Source: an uncultured Campylobacter sp. (GTDB lineage Bacteria; Campylobacterota; Campylobacteria; Campylobacterales; Campylobacteraceae). Taken from it: a stretch of 52,844 nt of DNA. The stretch is taken from the NCBI RefSeq assembly GCF_938017615.1, contig NZ_CALIJA010000203.1:1-52844 (forward strand). Reading direction: 5' to 3'. Below are positions 17,422 to 30,062 of this stretch, one piece after another (positions within the stretch are counted from its first letter, which is position 1; every line of letters starts with the position of its first letter). The translations under genes and the position numbers were made by a program. The notes under the pieces were generated by a model. The model searched no databases. It saw only the letters and a list, made by a program, of their open reading frames with translations, and was not told the DNA's origin.

Positions 17422-20400
17422 ATGAAAAACAAAAAAGACTTCGTTACCGAAAGATTTAACGCCGCCTTGATTCTAGGCGCTGCGCTGCTTACGCTTGTAG
17501 TAGTTTGCGAGATTAGCTTTTTGCGCACTAGGATCGCTACGCAGCTTGATTTGCGGACGCGCACGGCGATTACTTTACTTAAAAATACCGACGAGTCGCT
17601 TTTTAGCGAGCTTGAAATTCTAAAAGAAAATATCATTTCTTTAGACGCAAGGCACGAAGCTGCACAAAGCGAGCTTTATGCGGATTTGATCCGCAACATC
17701 GTAAAATCTTCTCATAGATTTGACGCTATTTTTTATCTGCGCGCCCGCGGCGCGGAGCAGGATAGCTTAGCACATTTTTCATCGGATGCGCGCATTTCGG
17801 ATCTTGGCGAGATACGGCTTTCGGATATTGCAAGCGAGCTAAAAAAAGATGAATGGGTATCGCGCTATATGATGATGGATGGAGCGTGGCGGTATTTTTT
17901 AATCAAGCGCGTAAACGCTGATTCATATCTGCTAGGTTTTGCCAACACCGCTAGGCCGATTGCCAGGCTCTCTTCGCTGGGAGATATTTTGGTCTTTAAC
18001 GCCGAAGGCAAATTCTTTAACGCTCCTGGCAGCGTAACCGATATATTAGGGCAGGATTTTGATTTTTCGCGCCTAGGCGAAGTGGTAAGCTTTGAAGACG
18101 AATCTGGGCTAAGCTTTGCATATCTTGCGAAATTTGGGGATAATTTCGTAATGGCTCGCGAACGAGCCGGCTATTTTTTGGGCGCGGACGATTTTATCGT
18201 CGTAGCGCTAGCAGCAGCGATTTTAGCTTATTTAATCCTTCTAATTTCAAATTTTACGTTTTTAAAAAAGCGCGTTTTTATTCCGCTTACAGCAGTTCAA
18301 AACGCGCTGCGCCAAGGGGATTATCACTCCAAAATCCGCGATATAGAAGCGCTAAATCCGCTGAACTCTGTCTTAGAAATTTCTAAATCCATAGACGAGG
18401 TCTTGAAGTCTAATCTGCGCCACGGAGATTTTAGCCTCAGCTTTAAAGATGCGCTAAAATACAGCTCTCTTTCGGTGCTTAGCATCGATAACGTCGCAGG
18501 CACGATCGAAAGCGCTAGCAACGGCGCACGCGAGCTTTACGGCGATGATGTCGTAGGACGGAATATATTCGCGCTGCAAGCAGGCTCGTTTTACGATCAC
18601 GCCTATCAAACCCAGCGCGCAAACTATGTCAAAGAAAACTATGTCGTAACCCGCCAAGAGACCAAAAATGGCGTCAAAGATCTTTATGTTAAAAAATCTT
18701 ATATCCGTGACGGAAGTAAAATTTCAACCCTTTTTGTGGTGCTCGATGCGTCAAAATATCGCAGATTTTACGATGAAACTAAGCAAAAATACGAGTATTT
18801 AAATCACGCGCCTATTGTTACACTCGTGTTTGACTACACTTCGGGCAAGATCGTAGATGCTAGCAAAAATATAAAAGAGCTTTGGGGTTACGAAGCGGCG
18901 CAGTTTTTAAGCGGCGAGATAAGGCTATGGGATTTGCTGGATGAAAAGGACGCGAATGAGGCTAAAAACGAAATTTTAAACCGCTTAGCCGATATGCCTT
19001 CAGAAGAGCTAAGCTTTTCTCAAAGCTATAAAATTCGCCACAATGACAATATCCGCTATAGCTACGAAGTGAGCATCTATGTCAAAAAGTCCGCCGCCAG
19101 GGCTGCGTTTTATTTTCAAAATATTGATGACGATGTTAAGGCGATCCGCGGCTTGCAGGAGGATTTGGACTTTTACCGCACCGTAATCGAGACTAGGAAT
19201 TTTTGCACCTGCTTAATCGATCTTGACGCGCAGACGCTGTCGTTTGATAAAAATTACTTTAAAATTTTAAAATATCGCGGCAAAAGGCTAAACACTGCGA
19301 TGAGCTTTGGGGAGTTTAGTTATGAAATTTACTTCGCGGATTTAGAGAATTTCAATAAAATGATCCGCGAATGCACCGCCGGGCTTAGGAGCGATTTTAG
19401 CTGCGAATTTCGTCTGCGAAACGCCGCTAATGCCTATACTTGGATCAGTATGCAAGGCTACGTCACCGAAAAGCACGGCTCTCGCTCTCGCCTTGTAAAA
19501 ACTACACTCGAAGATATCAGCTCGCGAAAACAAACGGAGCTAGAGCTAAATTTAAACGCCAACGTCTTTTCGCGCTCGCTAGAGGCGATCTTAATCACAG
19601 ATGAGAGCGGTCGCGTGCTGCGCGCTAATAACGCCTTTTATGAAATCACCGGCTATAGCGAAAGCCAAACTATCGGCAAAATTCCAAATTTCTTCGCTCC
19701 TACGGAGGGCGGGGCAGACGTGATGGAGAGGATTAGAAAAAATCTCGTCGGCAAACAAACCTCTTACAAAGATGAAATTTACGGACTAAAAAGGGGCGGC
19801 GGCACCTTTCCTGCGCTATTTACGGCAATTGCGATAAAGGATGATTTTTCGCTTACCTCAAATTTCATCTTGATGTTTACCGAAATTTCGCAGATAAAGC
19901 AAAAAGAGAGCGAACTAGCCAAGATCGCCCATCACGATGCGCTTACGGGGCTTCCGAACAGAGTGTATTTTATGAAGGCTGCGCAGAGATTTACGGCAAG
20001 CTCGGGCGAAAATTCCAAGCTTATGGCGGTGCTTTTCATCGATTTTGACGGCTTTAAGGCGATCAACGACACCTACGGGCACGAGGTCGGCGATATGTTT
20101 TTGCAGGCTATCTCAAAGGCGATGAGTGGGCTACTGCGTAAAGGCGATATCTTGGCGCGCTTAGGCGGCGATGAGTTCGGCGCCATCATCGGCGATCTGC
20201 AAAGCAAGGATTCCGCGCATGTGCTATTAGATCGTCTGCTTGGAATTTCAAAGATGAAATTTAACCTCAAAGGCAACGAAATTAGCGCAAGCATCAGCGT
20301 TGGCGCAGCGTTTTACGACGGCAGCGAAAAGATCGATTTTCCAGGACTTTTATCGCGCGCGGATAGAGCGATGTATCGCGCTAAAACGAGCGGCAAAAAC

Positions 20401-21485
20401 CGCTACTGCATCTTTGAGCGCGCCGAAGCAGATGAATCTAGCGAGGAAGGGATTGCTGCGGCGATCGAAGAGGGGGAGTTTTTCGTGCTCTATCAGCCGA
20501 TCATTAGCGGAGCGCAGATTTACGGATATGAGCTGCTTTTACGCTGGGATCGCGGAAAGCACGGAATTCTTGCCCCGCAGGATTTCGCGCAGATATTAAG
20601 CGAGCCGCGATTTGAGTTGCCGATCTCAAAATTTGCGTTTTCAAAGATGATGGAATTTAACGCTCAAACGGGCGCAAACTGCTCGATAAACGTAAGTCTA
20701 GCCGTGCTTACAAACGACGAATTTTACGATTTCGTAGCTCACAGCTTGCGAGACAGAGCTAATGCAAAAGGCGAGTTGATGTTTGAGATAACCGATTTTA
20801 GCGAGCGAAATTTTAAGGAATTCGCCCCTGCGCGTGGGCGTTATGCAGATCTTGGGGTTAAATTTGCTCTTAATAGTGCAAATAAAAGCAATATCCCATT
20901 CCTGAATGCCCAGCCTTTCGATGTCGTTAAAATCGACCGCGAGCTCTGCCTTGACATAGGCAAGAAAAAAAATGCTATCCGAACGATGGTGGAGATCACA
21001 GGCAAGCTAAAGCGGGAGTTTGGATTTGCTCTGGGTGCTCAAGGGGTCGAAAACGCGCTGTCGCTGCGGCTCTTAAACAATTTGAAATTTAACTATCTGC
21101 AGGGAAATTTTATCGCAAAAGCGCTGGATCGCAAAGAGATAGACGCTTTCATCGCGCGATTTAAAGATACGCCCAAGCTCGCAGCCATCGACAAAGATGA
21201 GTTTATCAGCTTCTTAAACGCGCTTGATTATAAGGATTTGGCGCTAAACTTCATCGCGCGCGGTCAAACAGGCGAGCTTAGTCCGGGAGAGTTTGAAGGC
21301 TTTAGAGCAAAATTCGGCGAAATTTTAAACAAAACTCAAAGCGCAGGGAGCGAAAAATTTGCGCTAAATACAGAAATACGTAAGCAAATTTTAGATATTC
21401 TTTCGCTTGATTACCGCGTTTTGGCAAGCTTCATTCAGAGCTTTAAAACGCGACTGGATCAGTTCATAAGCGATTTGGAGGCAGC

Positions 21486-21489
<4 letters not shown>
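17422..21489 (+). CDS. membrane-bound multi-PAS diguanylate cyclase with a degenerate EAL domain
   Basis: Two TM helices flanking a periplasmic domain; several PAS-like repeats; HDALTGLPNR, DFDGFKAINDTYGH, RKGD...GGDEF; EAL-like region with ELLLRW, SINVS, KIDR, QG. Confidence 0.9.
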
Positions 21490-23596
<2,107 letters not shown>

Positions 23597-23669
23597 ATCG
23601 GGCAAAATTTTAATTTTACCCGTTGCGGGCGGCGCGACCGCTCATAGAACTGAATTTAAAGGAACGATC

Positions 23670-24221
23670 ATGCGAATACGACTACCACACGTGCCATATA
23701 TCGCGCATAAAATAGCGCTGGATCTGCTAAACTCTGGCTGCGTTACGCTCGGTGCGGGCATAGAGCCCGTCGCCAAGGAAGCGGACGAGATCATAAGGGC
23801 CGATCTACAAAAAGAAAGAGCGATAGACGAGCGCGCAAACGAGCTGATAGATGAGCGCATAAGCGAGCTTGACGAGATGAGCGTGAATAAAAAAGATATG
23901 TTTTGGCTCATCAAACGCCACATCGCAAACGACGAGAATTTCGAGCTAAATTTTGAGGATCGCTACGGCACCATATCGCATAAAATTTTAGAAACCGTTT
24001 GGAAGAAAAATTTGATCGATTACAAAGTCTCCGAAAACAGGCTAAAGACGATAATTTATAACGCGATCGACGAATATCTTAAAAATTATCAAAAGATTGA
24101 GGATGCGGTCTATGAAAAGATCGATGGCTACAAGCAAAAATTGATCCCGGGTACCGAAGAATACGAGCTTGTGTTCGAAAAGCTCTACGAAGAGGAGCTA
24201 AGAAAACGGGGCATGCTGTAA
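23670..24221 (+). CDS. DUF507 family protein
   Basis: MRIRLPHVPYIAHKI start and LIPGTEEYELVFEKLYEEEL end; usual position upstream of carA in Campylobacterota. Confidence 0.8.
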   Translation: MRIRLPHVPYIAHKIALDLLNSGCVTLGAGIEPVAKEADEIIRADLQKERAIDERANELIDERISELDEMSVNKKDMFWLIKRHIANDENFELNFEDRYGTISHKILETVWKKNLIDYKVSENRLKTIIYNAIDEYLKNYQKIEDAVYEKIDGYKQKLIPGTEEYELVFEKLYEEELRKRGML

Positions 24222-25339
24222 TGAACGCGTATATCTATATAGAAAACGGCATCTACCTGCAAGCCAAGGCGTTCGGCAAGGGCGGTAGCGCATTCGGCGA
24301 GCTCGTGTTTAACACCTCCGCCACCGGCTACGAGGAGATCATCTCCGATCCGAGCTATGCGGGGCAGTTTATTATTTTCACTATGCCTGAAATCGGCATC
24401 GTAGGCATCAACGAAAACGATAAGGAAAGCTCCAAAATCCACGCAAGCGGAATTTTCGTAAGAAATTTTAACAACGAGCCTTCAAATTTCCGCTCGCAGA
24501 TGAGCTTGGAGGATTATTTTCTGCAAAACGGAAAATTCGGCGTTTACGACATCGACACTAGATTTTTAACCAAAATGCTGCGCGACGAGGGCAGCCTGCG
24601 CGCCTTCGTTTCGACGCAGATCAGCGATAAGGCGGCTCTTAAAAAGGCGCTTAGCGAGTCTGCGCGCATAGAGGAGATCAACTATGTAAGCATCGTAAGC
24701 ACGAAGGCGCCGTATAAGCACACATCGGGTCGCTGGGATGCCGAGCGCGGAAGCTACTCCCAGCCCGCAAGTTGCGGCAAAAAGATAGCCGTGATCGATT
24801 ACGGCGTCAAGCGAAACATCCTAAATGAGCTTTGCGATCTAGGTCTCGGCGTCGAGGTTTTCCCGCACGACGTTAAAGCGGAGAGCCTGATTGCTAAGCT
24901 TAAAGAGGGGCAGATCGACGGCGTGTTTTTATCAAACGGCCCGGGCGAGCCGCGCATGCTTAAAGAGGAGATCGCGCAGATCAAAAAGATGGTCGAAGCG
25001 CGCGTGCCGATTTTTGGAATTTGCCTGGGTCATCAGCTGCTAAGCAACGCGATGGGATATGAGACCTACAAGCTGAAATTTGGCCAGCACGGCGCAAATC
25101 ACCCCGTGCAAAACCTGCGCACCAAATCGATCGAGATCACCGCGCAAAACCACAACTACAACGTCCCAGAAACGATCGCGCAGATCTGTGAGATCACGCA
25201 CCGAAATCTTTTCGACGGCACGATCGAGGGCGTGCACTACAAAGACTATCCCGTATTTTCGGTGCAGCATCACCCCGAAGCCAGCGCGGGGCCTACCGAG
25301 AGCAAATATATCTTCAAAGAATTTCTTGAAATTTTATGA
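24221..25339 (+). CDS. carA: carbamoyl-phosphate synthase small subunit
   Basis: GELVFNT, DPSYAGQ, SNGPG, GICLGHQ, HPEA glutaminase motifs. Confidence 0.97.
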   Translation: MNAYIYIENGIYLQAKAFGKGGSAFGELVFNTSATGYEEIISDPSYAGQFIIFTMPEIGIVGINENDKESSKIHASGIFVRNFNNEPSNFRSQMSLEDYFLQNGKFGVYDIDTRFLTKMLRDEGSLRAFVSTQISDKAALKKALSESARIEEINYVSIVSTKAPYKHTSGRWDAERGSYSQPASCGKKIAVIDYGVKRNILNELCDLGLGVEVFPHDVKAESLIAKLKEGQIDGVFLSNGPGEPRMLKEEIAQIKKMVEARVPIFGICLGHQLLSNAMGYETYKLKFGQHGANHPVQNLRTKSIEITAQNHNYNVPETIAQICEITHRNLFDGTIEGVHYKDYPVFSVQHHPEASAGPTESKYIFKEFLEIL

Positions 25340-25360
25340 TTTTGAAATTTTGCCTGCATT

Positions 25361-25391
25361 AAATTTTACCGCGGCCCTGCGGTAAAATTTT
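25361..25391 (+). terminator. hairpin after carA built from two AAATTT sites
   Basis: Perfect 12-bp inverted repeat AAATTTTACCGC / GCGGTAAAATTT (25361-25372 / 25379-25390). Confidence 0.6.
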
Positions 25392-26189
25392 AAATTTGCG
25401 GAAGGCTTTAAATTCTAACGCGGTCTTTGCATTGTAAATTTAAAGCCCGTCACAGCCTGGATAATTGCAGGCTAGAGTAGCGTGTAAAGCGCACTTTTGC
25501 AGACTGAGGATTGCCGCGGTGATTTTGGATTAAGCAGCTTTTTGGATGAAACGGATCTGTGCCAGTCGCGATTTTAAATTTAAACCGGCTGCGCGCCGCA
25601 TACTTTTCATTTGCGCGATTTTGCTTCCACGTAGCTTTTAAGCGCACGCGCGGCTAAATTTCATGCGTTTTAAATTTAAAAATTGGGCTTGCTACGCTTA
25701 GCTCTTTCAAAACAGATCTTGCGGTACATTTAGCATGGCTTCAAGCTCTTAAATTTGACGAGTCGTCTTGTTGCCGTCAAAGTTATGCCAATAAACGCTT
25801 CGCCGCCTGTAAAATTTTATCTAATGTTGCCCGCTCGTTAAAGCTTATCAGCGCTGTTTCATTTCCCTCTAAAAGCCATTTGCCTAAAATAAAATTCCAC
25901 TCCGCCGCGTAGTGAAATTTTACCTGCGTTTGCTTTGAAATTTTACTTTCAGCCGCTCTTAAATCTCTTTCGCACCGATAAGATTTAGCTTACGTCATTT
26001 TAAATTTTGCTCCACTCCTAGGCTGCGGTTTTTACTCATGCTTCTTTTTTAATCCCGCCCATATTTACACCTAAAATAAGAGTTGTGTTACTTTATGAAA
26101 TTAAATTTTTAACTTAACATTATTTTAAGCTCAATAAAAGAGAAAATTTGAAAGAATTTCGTTTGAAATTTCGCCTTGAGGGGTCTGCT

Positions 26190-26873
26190 ATGAGCTGCGC
26201 TTTAAAAGAGCTGGACGTCTTGCTAGTCGAGGACGATACTAAATTACTAGCCTCGCTGCATAAGGCGTTTGAGGGTATTTTTAACAACATTTACAATGCC
26301 CAAAACGGGCTTGAAGGTGTGAAAAAATTCAAAAAATTTAGTCCTAATCTCGTCATTACCGACATTCTAATGCCGATCGAGGATGGGCTAGCGATGATAC
26401 GCCAGATCAAGCAGATCTTTCCGCATGCCCCTATCGTGGTGCTTAGCGGCTTCAGTAGGGAGGAGCAGCTAAAAGGCGTTATGGAGATTGGCGTCGAGCG
26501 GTATTACTTTAAGCCGGTAGATATCGCCGCATTTGTGCTAGAGATAAGCGCGCTGATGAAGTCTAAGCTGGACTCTGTGCGAGTCGTAAATATGGGCGCA
26601 GGCTACGTATTTGACGGGCTCCGTCGTATTTTGCTGAAGGATGGCGAGCAGATCGTGCTTACTAAAAAGGAGCTTTCTTTTGTCTCGCTGCTAGCCAGTC
26701 GCGTGGGCGAGCTGGTGCTTTACGAGGAGATCAAGCGTTACGTCTGGACCGAAGGAGCCGTGAGTGATACGGCGCTTCGCACCTTCGTCAAGCGTATCCG
26801 CGATAAAGTGGGTGGCGAAATCATAAAAAATGTCCCAAGCCTGGGATACAAGATCGAGCCTGAGCCAGCTTAA
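26190..26873 (+). CDS. OmpR/PhoB-family response regulator with no adjacent kinase
   Basis: Receiver motifs LVEDD, ITDILMP, FKP; winged helix LTKKE...RTFVKRIRDK...NVPSLGYKI; ATG at 26190 after GAGGGG. Confidence 0.9.
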   Translation: MSCALKELDVLLVEDDTKLLASLHKAFEGIFNNIYNAQNGLEGVKKFKKFSPNLVITDILMPIEDGLAMIRQIKQIFPHAPIVVLSGFSREEQLKGVMEIGVERYYFKPVDIAAFVLEISALMKSKLDSVRVVNMGAGYVFDGLRRILLKDGEQIVLTKKELSFVSLLASRVGELVLYEEIKRYVWTEGAVSDTALRTFVKRIRDKVGGEIIKNVPSLGYKIEPEPA

Positions 26874-27149
26874 ATTTGATCGCGTTTTTGCCGCTTTGTA
26901 ATTTACGGAATTCACTTGTAAAATTTTGCGTCGAAATATGCCGCGATTAATGCGGAGCGAGGCAGAATTCCGCGCTCAAAGCGCCACAGATTAAAATTTT
27001 ACGCTCGTCCAACTTACTAAATTTGACTTGATAAAATTTAGCCTCTCAAGCTTTTCAAAAACTTCTTTGCTTAAAAGCCCAAACTAAAAATTTCTTGCTA
27101 AAATATCGCAAAATTCCGCGTTCTGCAGATCGCCCATAAAGGATTTGTT

Positions 27150-30062
27150 TTGAAAAATTTGCCCTCTAAAAATCTCTTTGTCTACACCAGCTCGCGTGCG
27201 CTACGCGCGGCGCTGCAAAGCGAGAGCGGCGGCGTGCTGGCGCCTAGGATTACGTTGGCGGAATTCTACGAAAAGGCGCTTTTTGTGCCGGATCTTGTCG
27301 CTTGCGGCGAGATAGACCGCGCGCTTTTTATGAAACAAGCGGTAAACGAGAGCAAGCGCGCAGGCGAGAGGCTTAAATTCCCTAACGAGCTTTACGAGTT
27401 TATGCGCAACCGCGAGTATCTTTTCGGCTTTTTCAAGGAGCTTGCGACGGAGCGCGTAAGTATCGATGCGCTCGATCTTAGCGACACCTATGCGTGGTAT
27501 GCCGAGCATTTTGAAATTCTGCGAGAGCTAGCGGGGGCGTATGCAAGGATTTTGCGCGAGCATGGATTTTACGACGAGATCACGCTGCCCGCGCTTTATG
27601 AGCTAAACGAATCCTATCTGCGCGGATTTGAGCGGATAGAAATCAACATCGATGGCAATCCTAGTGCATTTGAGTTCGAGGTTTTTAAGCGCGCTGCGGA
27701 GCTGAGCGAGGTTGTGTTGAGCTTTAGAGCCACGACTTTAAATTCCAAGCCCGTGCGCGCGGTGGAGGAGCTTTGCGGCATAAGTCTAGAGCTAGGTTTT
27801 GCCTACCGCCTAAATCTTAGTACGGGTGAAATTCTAAGCCGAGAGCCGCTAAGCGTGGGCGGGGCGGTTGTGTGTAGAGGCTTTGAGTTGCGAAGCTTGC
27901 AGGCTAGCTACGTTTTTGAAAAAATTTCATCCTTCGTGCGCGCGGGCATCGCGCCGGAGCGCATCGCGGTAATTTTGCCCGACGAGAGCTTTGCCGGCAC
28001 ACTGCGGCTTTACGACGAGCGCATCGCAAGGGCTCGCGGCTCGCACCGCATGCTAAATTTTGCGATGGGAGAGAAGCTTAAAGATAGCCTATTTTACGTA
28101 ACGCTAGAGAAAATTTCGCAGTGCTTAAAAGAAGCGCGCACGCCGAAATTTGGCGTAGATTACCACGCATTCAAAAGTCCGGATGGAGGATTTTTGAATG
28201 CGGAGGATTCCGCGGTACAGCAAAATTTAGCGCTAGGGAATTTCGCTTCGGAGAATTCTATTTCGCAAAATTTCGCACAGCAAAATTCCGCGTTTGATTT
28301 CGAAATTTTTTCAAATTCTAAAGCGGATTTAAATTTTATGTCTGCGCGAGAGTTTGAAAATACGGAAAATTTTGAAATTCTGCACGAAATTTCGGCGGAA
28401 CGCGCGAATAGCGCGGAAGAGCAAAGCTTTTCGGCAGAGTTTGCAGAGTTGCAAGAGCCCTTGGAGCATGTGCAGCAGCGCGATTATTCGGCTCGTGCAA
28501 AACGGCAGGAGCCTTCAAGGAAGCAGCAAGAGAGCCTACGAGACTCTATGCAACTGGAGCATATAGAGCTTGAGGAAGAAGATGGGTATTCAAAAAGCCC
28601 TGAGCAGCGCGATCGTTTTAGGCACTCTAAAATGCGCGAGGGCGCAGATGAGTATCCGCAGCGCCCAAACCCACAGGAGCTTGATCTGTTTTTTGCGAGT
28701 GTGGGCGTGGATGAGGCACTTTTTGGTGAGTTCGCGCGCGATTTTGCAAAGCAAGTAAGCTTTGAGCATTTCGAGGCACTAATTACCAAGCTCGCCTGTT
28801 TACCCAAAATTAGCGACGCGCTGCTGCAAGAAAAGCTAAAAGAGCCGCTATATCTAATTAAAATTTTGCTTCGAAAATTTAAGGACGAAAACCTAAGCTT
28901 GGGCAATCTAATCGATCTTTTTTTGTTAGAAATTTCGCGCATTAAGCTCGATGATGTTCGTGGCGGAAAGGTCACGGTAATGGGACTTTTAGAGAGCCGC
29001 GGACTGCAATTTGACGGCGTGATAATCCCCGATTTTAACGATGATCTGGTGCCAAAGCGCAGTAGCGGAGAGATGTTTTTAAACTCCGCTTTGCGCGCTA
29101 GAGCAGGGCTCATCAGCCATGCAGACCGCGAAAATTTACAAAGATTTTACTACGACGGCTTGCTAAGAGGCGCTAAAAAAAGCGCGATTTGCTATCTGCA
29201 AAGCATCGAGAAGTTGCCTTCGCGGTTTTTGAAAAGCTTTGAAGTGCAACAAGACGCGGAATTTTCGCAGGAGGATTATTTGCGGCTTTTTGGGAGGGAG
29301 GAATTTAAGTCCGCCTTATGCGGACAAGAAGATCCCGTGGCTCGCCATGATTTTTTTGCCGAGGAGCTATCGTTTTCGCGGCTGGATACGTTTTTAGAAT
29401 GCAAGAGGAAGTATTATTACCGCTACGTTTTCGGACTGAGGGAGGGGCTAAAATTTGGCGAGGACAATGCGCTTTTAGGCAAAATTTTACATACGAGTTT
29501 TCAGCGTTTATACGAGCGAGCGGGGATGAAATTTAGCATGGAAAAATTTCGCCCTATTTATTCGCAGCTTGCGCGAGAAGCAGGGATTGCGCGCTTTGAT
29601 GCGGAGCTTGAGCTAAAATCGGTAGAAAAGCTAGCTAGGCTTTTAGAAGGGCATGAGCAAATTTGGAGCTTTAGCGGTAGTGAAGTATCGCTAAAAGGCG
29701 AGCTTGACGGAGTGCGGCTGAGCGGGCGGATCGACCGCATCGACGAAGATAAGGCAGGGCGGAAGTTCATCATCGATTATAAACGCGGTTCAGCTAAAAA
29801 GCATATGGAAAAATTTCAGCTTACGTTTTATCGCGCGCTTTTAGCCCAGGAATGCGAATGCGCCTATCTGTCGCTAAAAGATTGCACGTTTGCGGCTCCT
29901 GGCGATAAAACGCCTAGCTTAGAAAATCTACGCGAGACGCTAAGCTCTATCGGCAAGGAATTTGCAAGCGAGGTCGCTTTTACGCGTACGGAGGCGGTGC
30001 AAAGTTGCGAATATTGCGATTATAAAATCATTTGCAAGGGGCAGATCGATGGCAAAATTTGA
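27150..30062 (+). CDS. addB: AddB recombination nuclease subunit (PD-(D/E)XK, Fe-S cysteines) with a ~180-aa insertion
   Basis: VMGLLESRG, LSFSRLDTFLEC, GRIDRID...IIDYK and CEYCDYKIIC motifs; directly upstream of addA. Confidence 0.88.
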   Translation: MKNLPSKNLFVYTSSRALRAALQSESGGVLAPRITLAEFYEKALFVPDLVACGEIDRALFMKQAVNESKRAGERLKFPNELYEFMRNREYLFGFFKELATERVSIDALDLSDTYAWYAEHFEILRELAGAYARILREHGFYDEITLPALYELNESYLRGFERIEINIDGNPSAFEFEVFKRAAELSEVVLSFRATTLNSKPVRAVEELCGISLELGFAYRLNLSTGEILSREPLSVGGAVVCRGFELRSLQASYVFEKISSFVRAGIAPERIAVILPDESFAGTLRLYDERIARARGSHRMLNFAMGEKLKDSLFYVTLEKISQCLKEARTPKFGVDYHAFKSPDGGFLNAEDSAVQQNLALGNFASENSISQNFAQQNSAFDFEIFSNSKADLNFMSAREFENTENFEILHEISAERANSAEEQSFSAEFAELQEPLEHVQQRDYSARAKRQEPSRKQQESLRDSMQLEHIELEEEDGYSKSPEQRDRFRHSKMREGADEYPQRPNPQELDLFFASVGVDEALFGEFARDFAKQVSFEHFEALITKLACLPKISDALLQEKLKEPLYLIKILLRKFKDENLSLGNLIDLFLLEISRIKLDDVRGGKVTVMGLLESRGLQFDGVIIPDFNDDLVPKRSSGEMFLNSALRARAGLISHADRENLQRFYYDGLLRGAKKSAICYLQSIEKLPSRFLKSFEVQQDAEFSQEDYLRLFGREEFKSALCGQEDPVARHDFFAEELSFSRLDTFLECKRKYYYRYVFGLREGLKFGEDNALLGKILHTSFQRLYERAGMKFSMEKFRPIYSQLAREAGIARFDAELELKSVEKLARLLEGHEQIWSFSGSEVSLKGELDGVRLSGRIDRIDEDKAGRKFIIDYKRGSAKKHMEKFQLTFYRALLAQECECAYLSLKDCTFAAPGDKTPSLENLRETLSSIGKEFASEVAFTRTEAVQSCEYCDYKIICKGQIDGKI

